Part shown: positions 58,429 to 64,000 of the stretch, one piece after another | Position numbering within the stretch: the stretch's first letter is position 1 | Layout: each line of letters starts with the position of its first letter | Assembly (NCBI GenBank): GCA_965116795.1 | Contig: OZ220716.1 | Location: 1,514,503 to 1,578,502 of the forward strand | Source of the DNA: Gammaproteobacteria bacterium | Lineage (GTDB): Bacteria; Pseudomonadota; Gammaproteobacteria; JAJFKG01 | Direction: 5' to 3' | DNA: 64,000 nucleotides | Program-made: the position numbers and the translations under genes | The notes under the pieces: generated by a model | The model's database searches: none | Seen by the model: the letters and a program-made list of their open reading frames with translations, nothing else | Told to the model about the DNA's origin: nothing

Positions 58429-59667
58429 TTATTTGATCACAGAACCGAGTTCAAAGATAGGCAAATACATTGCTACGACTAAACCACCGACTAAAACCCC
58501 TAGAATGACCATGATGGCAGGCTCTAATAGACTGCTTAGTGATTCAACCAGGGTGTCCACTTCTTCTTCGAAGAAATCAGCAACTTTGCTTAGCATTTCT
58601 TCTAGTTGTCCTGATTCTTCACCAATGTTCACCATTTCAATCACCATGTTTGGGTAGAGTTTGGTCATTCTAAGTGACCATGCTAATTGTTGGCCAGTTG
58701 CCACATCTTTGCGTACTTTATCCAGTGCGGAGCGAAAAACATGATTATTAGTTGCACCAGCGGCTGAATCAAGTGCTTCTACCAATGGCATACCTGCTGC
58801 GGTAGTAATGGCCAAGGTTCTAGCAAAACGTGCAATTGATGATTTTTCTAAAATTTGTCCAATAATGGGTATGCGTAAACTACGTTTGTCGACCCATGCC
58901 CTGAACCGTGGTGATCGGTGTAGTGTGCTGACAAATAGCCAACCACCCGCACCGAAAACAAGCGTTACAACCCACCAATATTCTTGAATAATATTAGATA
59001 AGTGAACCACTAATCGGGTTAATGCAGGTAACTGTGCTCCGAAATCTTTAAATAATGCATCGAATTGTGGTACGACGAATACCAATAAAATAGTAGTGAC
59101 AATAATCGCGACGATAATAATCGCGATTGGGTACATGATCGCTTTTTTTACTTTGCGTCGCATTGATTCGGCTTTTTCGCGGTAGGTAGCTAGTCGATCT
59201 AACATCACTTCTAAATGCCCAGAAACTTCACCGCTGTCTACCAAATTGCAGTATAAGTCGTTGAAAAATTTTGGTTGTTTACGTAATGCTTGTGCTACGG
59301 TTAATCCTGTTTCAATATCTGCTTTAATTGATAGCAACATTGTGCGCATACTTTGATTTGTGTGACCACGTCCTAGAATATCTAATGCAGTGACGATTGG
59401 GATCCCAGCTTTTACCATCACTGCTAATTGCCGAGTAAATGTTGCGATGTGTACCGATGTAATTTTTTTATTTCGAGCAAATAACGGTGCTGGTTTTTTG
59501 CGAACTTTGTTGATAACAATTTGATGGCGGCGTAATTCAGCTTTAGCAATCCCAATGTTTGGTGCATTGATTTCACCTGATACTTTTTCACTACGTTTGT
59601 TTAAACCAGACCAAATATAGGTGTTTAATCGAACTTCTTTTTGTTCTTTTTTGCGTTTGTGTACCAT
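58429..59667 (-). CDS. pilC: Type IV pilus inner-membrane platform protein
   Basis: FTRQLAVMVKAGIP, GEVSG.L, KVKKAIMYP, GEESG.L, AMYLPIF. Confidence 0.95.
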   Translation of the reverse strand: MVHKRKKEQKEVRLNTYIWSGLNKRSEKVSGEINAPNIGIAKAELRRHQIVINKVRKKPAPLFARNKKITSVHIATFTRQLAVMVKAGIPIVTALDILGRGHTNQSMRTMLLSIKADIETGLTVAQALRKQPKFFNDLYCNLVDSGEVSGHLEVMLDRLATYREKAESMRRKVKKAIMYPIAIIIVAIIVTTILLVFVVPQFDALFKDFGAQLPALTRLVVHLSNIIQEYWWVVTLVFGAGGWLFVSTLHRSPRFRAWVDKRSLRIPIIGQILEKSSIARFARTLAITTAAGMPLVEALDSAAGATNNHVFRSALDKVRKDVATGQQLAWSLRMTKLYPNMVIEMVNIGEESGQLEEMLSKVADFFEEEVDTLVESLSSLLEPAIMVILGVLVGGLVVAMYLPIFELGSVIK

Positions 59668-59684
59668 AATAATACCCGTATTAG

Positions 59685-61397
59685 TTAATCTATAGTGACA
59701 CGTTCTACTTCTGCCAAACTGGTGACACCAGCTAATACCATGTCTAGGCCTGATTGACGTAATGTTTTAACTTTTTCTTCACTAGCGATTTTACCAATTT
59801 GCAACGCATTACCACCTTCCATGATAGCATGCCCAATGCGTTCGCTCATGGGTAGCATTTCATAAATGCCAATGCGTCCACGATAGCCACCATTGCAATT
59901 TTCACACCCATTTGGCTCAAAAATTTGTACATTTGCTAAATCAGCCTCATCAAAGCCAGCTTGTAATAATGCGCTTTGTGGAATATTAGCAGGTTGTTTA
60001 CATTGGTCGCATAGGCGTCTTGCTAAGCGTTGTGCCACAATCAAGGATACGGATGTAGCGATATTAAAAGAAGGAACACCCATATTGGCTAGTCGTGTGA
60101 GTGTTTCTGCAGCGCTATTGGTATGCAAGGTGGAAAATACCATATGACCAGTCTGTGCTGCTTTAATTGCAATTTCAGCTGTTTCTAAATCACGAATCTC
60201 ACCAACCATGACGATGTCCGGATCTTGTCGTAAGAAAGAGCGTAGTGCTGCAGCAAATGTTAATCCTGTTTTATTATTCACATGGACTTGATTAATGCCT
60301 TGTAAATTGATTTCAACTGGATCTTCAACAGTTGAAATATTTTTTCCAGTAACATTTAATATATTTAAACAAGTATATAAGGTAACCGTTTTACCACTAC
60401 CAGTAGGGCCAGTAACTAACACCATACCTTGTGGATGTTTAATTATATCTAATAGTAATTGTTTATGTGATTCTGTCATCCCAAGTTTGTCGATATCCAA
60501 TATGCTATTGGAACTATCTAATATCCGTAATACAACTTTTTCACCGAATAAAGTAGGGCAAGTGCTGACTCGAAAATCAATCGTACGGTTTGCCGAAATT
60601 TTTAATTTAAACCGCCCATCTTGTGGGATACGTCGTTCGGATAGATCAAGTCGTGCCATTACTTTAATCCGTGCAGCAAATCGTTGTGCCAGTTTGTTAG
60701 TTGGGGTAGCAATTTCGCGTAAGATCCCATCTATTCGAAACCGTACGCGGTATTTTTTTTCATATGGCTCGAAGTGAATATCGGAAGCACCTTTATTAAT
60801 TGCATCGAGTATTATTTTATTAATAAATTGCACTACCGGTGCATCGTCTGACTCAACACTACTAATATCTTGATTGAACTCATCATCATGGGTTGTTTCT
60901 AAATGAGTAGGGCCGAGATCATCTATTTTATCTAATGCGGCACTGGTGAAAGATTGTGATAATTGGTTTAGTCTAACAATTAATTTATGTTCTTCCACTA
61001 AAATTGGAAATGGATTTAATTTGGATTCAAATTTAATTCGATCAAATATGCTGGTTCGAGTTGGATCAGAAATGGCAACGTATAACCGGTTACTACGCTG
61101 CAAAATCGGAATGAAATGTTCGTTAATGCAAGACTTTGCCTGAACTGGCATCGAGTCTACACTATCAAGATCAAATTGATTTAAATCAAATAAAGGCAAT
61201 CCGAATTCATTGGCAAGATGGTTGGCAGCATTGGTGGAATTAATATGATTGTTTTCAACTAAGTGTTGCAGAACAGGGATATGCTGCTCATCAGCAGCGA
61301 GTATCGCTTGTTTGGCGGTCGCATCGTTTAGTAAACCATCATTCACTAATTTACGTGCAACCCCCGATAACACAATGCCTGCACTATCCATGGACAT
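59685..61397 (-). CDS. pilB: Type IV pilus assembly ATPase
   Basis: ASDIHFEP, ERRIPQDG, GPTGSGKT, LRQDPDIVMVGEIRD, STLHTN, tetra-Cys motif. Confidence 0.97.
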   Translation of the reverse strand: MSMDSAGIVLSGVARKLVNDGLLNDATAKQAILAADEQHIPVLQHLVENNHINSTNAANHLANEFGLPLFDLNQFDLDSVDSMPVQAKSCINEHFIPILQRSNRLYVAISDPTRTSIFDRIKFESKLNPFPILVEEHKLIVRLNQLSQSFTSAALDKIDDLGPTHLETTHDDEFNQDISSVESDDAPVVQFINKIILDAINKGASDIHFEPYEKKYRVRFRIDGILREIATPTNKLAQRFAARIKVMARLDLSERRIPQDGRFKLKISANRTIDFRVSTCPTLFGEKVVLRILDSSNSILDIDKLGMTESHKQLLLDIIKHPQGMVLVTGPTGSGKTVTLYTCLNILNVTGKNISTVEDPVEINLQGINQVHVNNKTGLTFAAALRSFLRQDPDIVMVGEIRDLETAEIAIKAAQTGHMVFSTLHTNSAAETLTRLANMGVPSFNIATSVSLIVAQRLARRLCDQCKQPANIPQSALLQAGFDEADLANVQIFEPNGCENCNGGYRGRIGIYEMLPMSERIGHAIMEGGNALQIGKIASEEKVKTLRQSGLDMVLAGVTSLAEVERVTID

Positions 61398-61463
61398 GTT
61401 GCTACTCCAATTGCATTACTGATGAAGTAATGCGTAATTATTAACTTCTCCGATTGCAACGTA

Positions 61464-61495
61464 ATTGGAACGCTGTCTTAAGACAGCGTTCCAAT
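61464..61495. terminator. Perfect 32-bp palindrome between pilA and pilB (terminator or mRNA stabiliser)
   Basis: ATTGGAACGCTGTCTT-AAGACAGCGTTCCAAT. Confidence 0.6.
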
Positions 61496-61524
61496 AGGAG
61501 AGTTATATTCTTTTGTGTTTATAA

Positions 61525-62010
61525 TTATTCTACGTCTGGTGGACATTCTGGATCAGTAGAGGTTGCTGTAGGACATAATCCCACTGCACTACATGTTCCA
61601 AATGAACCAAAGACAATTTGGCCACCATCTGTTTCACATCCAATTAAGCCAAATGTAAGCGGGTCCTGATCTGTTTTGTAATAACCATTATCTGCTGTAC
61701 AAGTGATGGTTGTGTTGGTGACAGAACAGTTTTCTATGGTACCAAAAGCGCCCGTTGCTGGGGGCATGCCGTTTGTGCCGCTAGTACAGTCGAGATTTTC
61801 TCCTTCTTCCCCTTCTAGTGTTGACATACAAATGGTTAAATCGGGTGTTACTGCACTGGCAGCATTAACCACCTCACTGAACTTTGCTCTTTTCACATAG
61901 TTTTGATAAGCCGGCAGTGCGAGTGCAGCTAGTACACCGATGATCGCAACCACGATCAATAGCTCGATTAAAGTAAACCCGAATGATTTACGTAGATTAC
62001 AGTTTCTCAT
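61525..62010 (-). CDS. pilA: Type IVa major pilin
   Basis: Prepilin site [28 protein letters not shown]; Cys-rich C-terminal region; GGGAGAG RBS. Confidence 0.92.
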   Translation of the reverse strand: MRNCNLRKSFGFTLIELLIVVAIIGVLAALALPAYQNYVKRAKFSEVVNAASAVTPDLTICMSTLEGEEGENLDCTSGTNGMPPATGAFGTIENCSVTNTTITCTADNGYYKTDQDPLTFGLIGCETDGGQIVFGSFGTCSAVGLCPTATSTDPECPPDVE

Positions 62011-62274
62011 AATGACTCTCCCATGTTCCTTGTTATCATTGCATTAGACACGCGTTTGCAAAAAATGCTCCTGGGTTGTCGCGATAATTAATAACATATC
62101 TTTTAATATCTTCAAAATCAATAGGTTATATTGATGCCTTATTCCTGTGCTCAATGTAAAATAATCCCGAACGGGTATTAAATGGTAGGGTGTAATGAAT
62201 AATTAAAGTCGTGTGGGGTTACTTGTGTTGCTCAATAGAGCAACGCTATACTGCGCTGCCCAATTAAGATCAAC

Positions 62275-62350
62275 GCCGGATTAGCTCAGTTGGTAGAGCA
62301 GCACATTCGTAATGTGAAGGTCGTAGGTTCGACTCCTATATCCGGCACCA
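62275..62350 (+). tRNA. tRNA-Thr (CGT)
   Basis: GCCGGAT acceptor stem, D-arm TAGCTCAGTTGGTAGAGC, anticodon loop TTCGTAA, T-loop GTTCGACTC, encoded CCA. Confidence 0.97.
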
Positions 62351-62554
62351 ACAAGATCAAATAGATTAGCTTAAGTTTCGGTGTTGTTAGATAGCTCGTA
62401 GTTGCATATAGGTTGCAATTGGAGTGTACAGGTGGGGTATTGTAGGTACGTAGAGAAACAAGGAAGGGAGTTTTTAAAATAGCTTGTATTCGTAGATGCC
62501 AAAATTTTGTCAATTTTTTTATCTAGTTATCGAATTTTACAAGGAGGATGTACC

Positions 62555-63127
62555 TTGGATGGGACAATAAGTGCTTTTATTAAGGAATTTGGAAAAGACA
62601 GGCTTCTTTTATTTGGTTCTCCACTTACTATAGCCATAATTGCTTATTTTGGATTGCCAGAATATAGAAAAATTATAACTCCTGTAATTGCTGGACTTAT
62701 TTTTGCGCTATTTGCTCGATCTATAAAAAAGCTAGGAAATTATTTAAGTGAATATATAAACGAAAAGAATTGTAAAAAAATAAACACGAAAAGAGCAAGG
62801 CAAGTACTTTCACTACTCCGACCTGAAACACAAGAGTTAATGCGTGAAATCGCAAAACAAAAACCAAATACTATAAAAGAGCAAGAATATGGAGTTTGGT
62901 ACAAAATTGCAGATTATGATTGTATTGAAGAAAATTATTGGGAAATAAGATCAATTGTAGATCAAGACTATCGAATAGATTTATTCATAAATCCTCCTTC
63001 TTCTCAGCTTATTTTAGAACAGCGTTATCCAAAAATGCCTATTGCTCTTCGATTTGAGGTAATTTATCAACAAAAGTGCTTGGTTTTTAGTGAATTTTTC
63101 TGGCGTGCTATTCGTAAAGCCAAGTAA
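62555..63127 (+). CDS. Hypothetical membrane protein (two N-terminal TM segments)
   Basis: TTG start after AGGAGG; AT-rich; immediately downstream of the tRNA. Confidence 0.6.
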   Translation: MDGTISAFIKEFGKDRLLLFGSPLTIAIIAYFGLPEYRKIITPVIAGLIFALFARSIKKLGNYLSEYINEKNCKKINTKRARQVLSLLRPETQELMREIAKQKPNTIKEQEYGVWYKIADYDCIEENYWEIRSIVDQDYRIDLFINPPSSQLILEQRYPKMPIALRFEVIYQQKCLVFSEFFWRAIRKAK

Positions 63128-63463
63128 TAATTAAATATTAATCTCAATATCTGATGAATACTGCTCAACCCTACGTTTTAAGATCCACTGATCCAAATTT
63201 TGCTGCATATAACGAATAGTACGTCCGATTTTGATAGGGTGGACCAAGTGTACGGCTGGGTCTAACACCCTCACAAGTTGTTGGGAATTATGCAAAAAAA
63301 ACACCACTCAGGGAAGAAGGTACTCAACTTATACGATGCTGCTAAAGAACATATACAAGAAGCCAGTTACTATCTGGAAATGCAGGTGCGAAAACTGAAA
63401 GGTTCTCTATGAATCATACAGTTTATGCGTAATATGTGGTGAATTGTCAGTTGGATTTATTTG

Positions 63464-64000
63464 CTAATTTACTATTTGAGGAGTAGAGCCTGTAATTTCT
63501 TGCCTTAATGCTTCCATAATGGGGTCAAAATTTTTACTTAAATCATCTAATAATGTTGGGTCAGTTTTTTCGATTAGACGTCTTAGTTTTTGAGCACTAT
63601 GGTTTATTGTTAGTGTAGCCTCATCATCTGTTTGATTAACTTTAGATTCAGGTGATAAAAGAGAATGTTGAACTAAATTGCTGATACTACTACTAGCTTT
63701 ACGTTTTTCTCCAGAAGAAACACTAGAGTCTTTATTTGATTTGTTTTTTTCAAGATGTGCAACTAATAATTTATACGATTTATCATTAACTATTGGGTTA
63801 CCTATCAGTTTCATTTCAGATTGCTTTGCTTTAGAAGTAAATTTGTCAACTGCAGCATTTGTAAACCCATTACTGCTTAAATCTAGTCTACCCACATTTC
63901 CAAATACATCTAGGATTGTACTAACATCATCATCATCAAGATTATTTTGACTCAAATTGACAGATTCTATTCTTAGAGGCAGCCCTTTAAATGCTTTTAA
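63464..64000 (-). CDS. Leucine-rich repeat protein, C-terminal part (continues beyond the window)
   Basis: VNLSQNNL, LDLSSNGF, KLIGNPI LRR units; Ser/Lys-rich tail; frame open to the window edge. Confidence 0.7.
   Translation of the reverse strand, partial: LKAFKGLPLRIESVNLSQNNLDDDDVSTILDVFGNVGRLDLSSNGFTNAAVDKFTSKAKQSEMKLIGNPIVNDKSYKLLVAHLEKNKSNKDSSVSSGEKRKASSSISNLVQHSLLSPESKVNQTDDEATLTINHSAQKLRRLIEKTDPTLLDDLSKNFDPIMEALRQEITGSTPQIVN

Noticed and set aside
63180-63410. Possible transposase or gene fragment
   Set aside because: Too short and broken to assign by eye

Overview
This window comes from a gammaproteobacterium, probably Legionellales/Coxiellaceae-like and associated with a eukaryotic host (inferred from gene content and core gene order). 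About 1-49 kb is accessory DNA. It contains an IS982, a non-coding region with iteron-like repeats, an AAA+/DUF4143 ATPase with a MITE in its 5' end, and a Wadjet jetABCD operon whose jetD is split by an IS5/IS1031 element. It also carries Sel1 and ankyrin proteins, an IS66 nested in an IS701, and a defective prophage (tail-tip and lysis genes on +, RepA/RuvC/HTH genes on -). Between those phage modules lies eukaryote-like cargo: three TKL-type protein kinases (WD40-Sel1-kinase-SH3; novel repeat-kinase-SH3; MLKL-like four-helix bundle-kinase-Sel1), a RelE/HigA toxin-antitoxin pair, and a Ulp1-like protease fused to a RAP/PD-(D/E)XK-like domain. About 49-62 kb is core genome (dciA, secA, mutT, zapD, coaE, pilDCBA, tRNA-Thr-CGT), followed by the start of another AT-rich island. 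The best candidate novel system is the prophage-embedded kinase cluster with an MLKL-like executioner. The second is an IS66 variant with convergent tnpC and a covarying hairpin that encodes identical AKAA C-termini. All domain calls are by-eye motif recognition; no searches were run.
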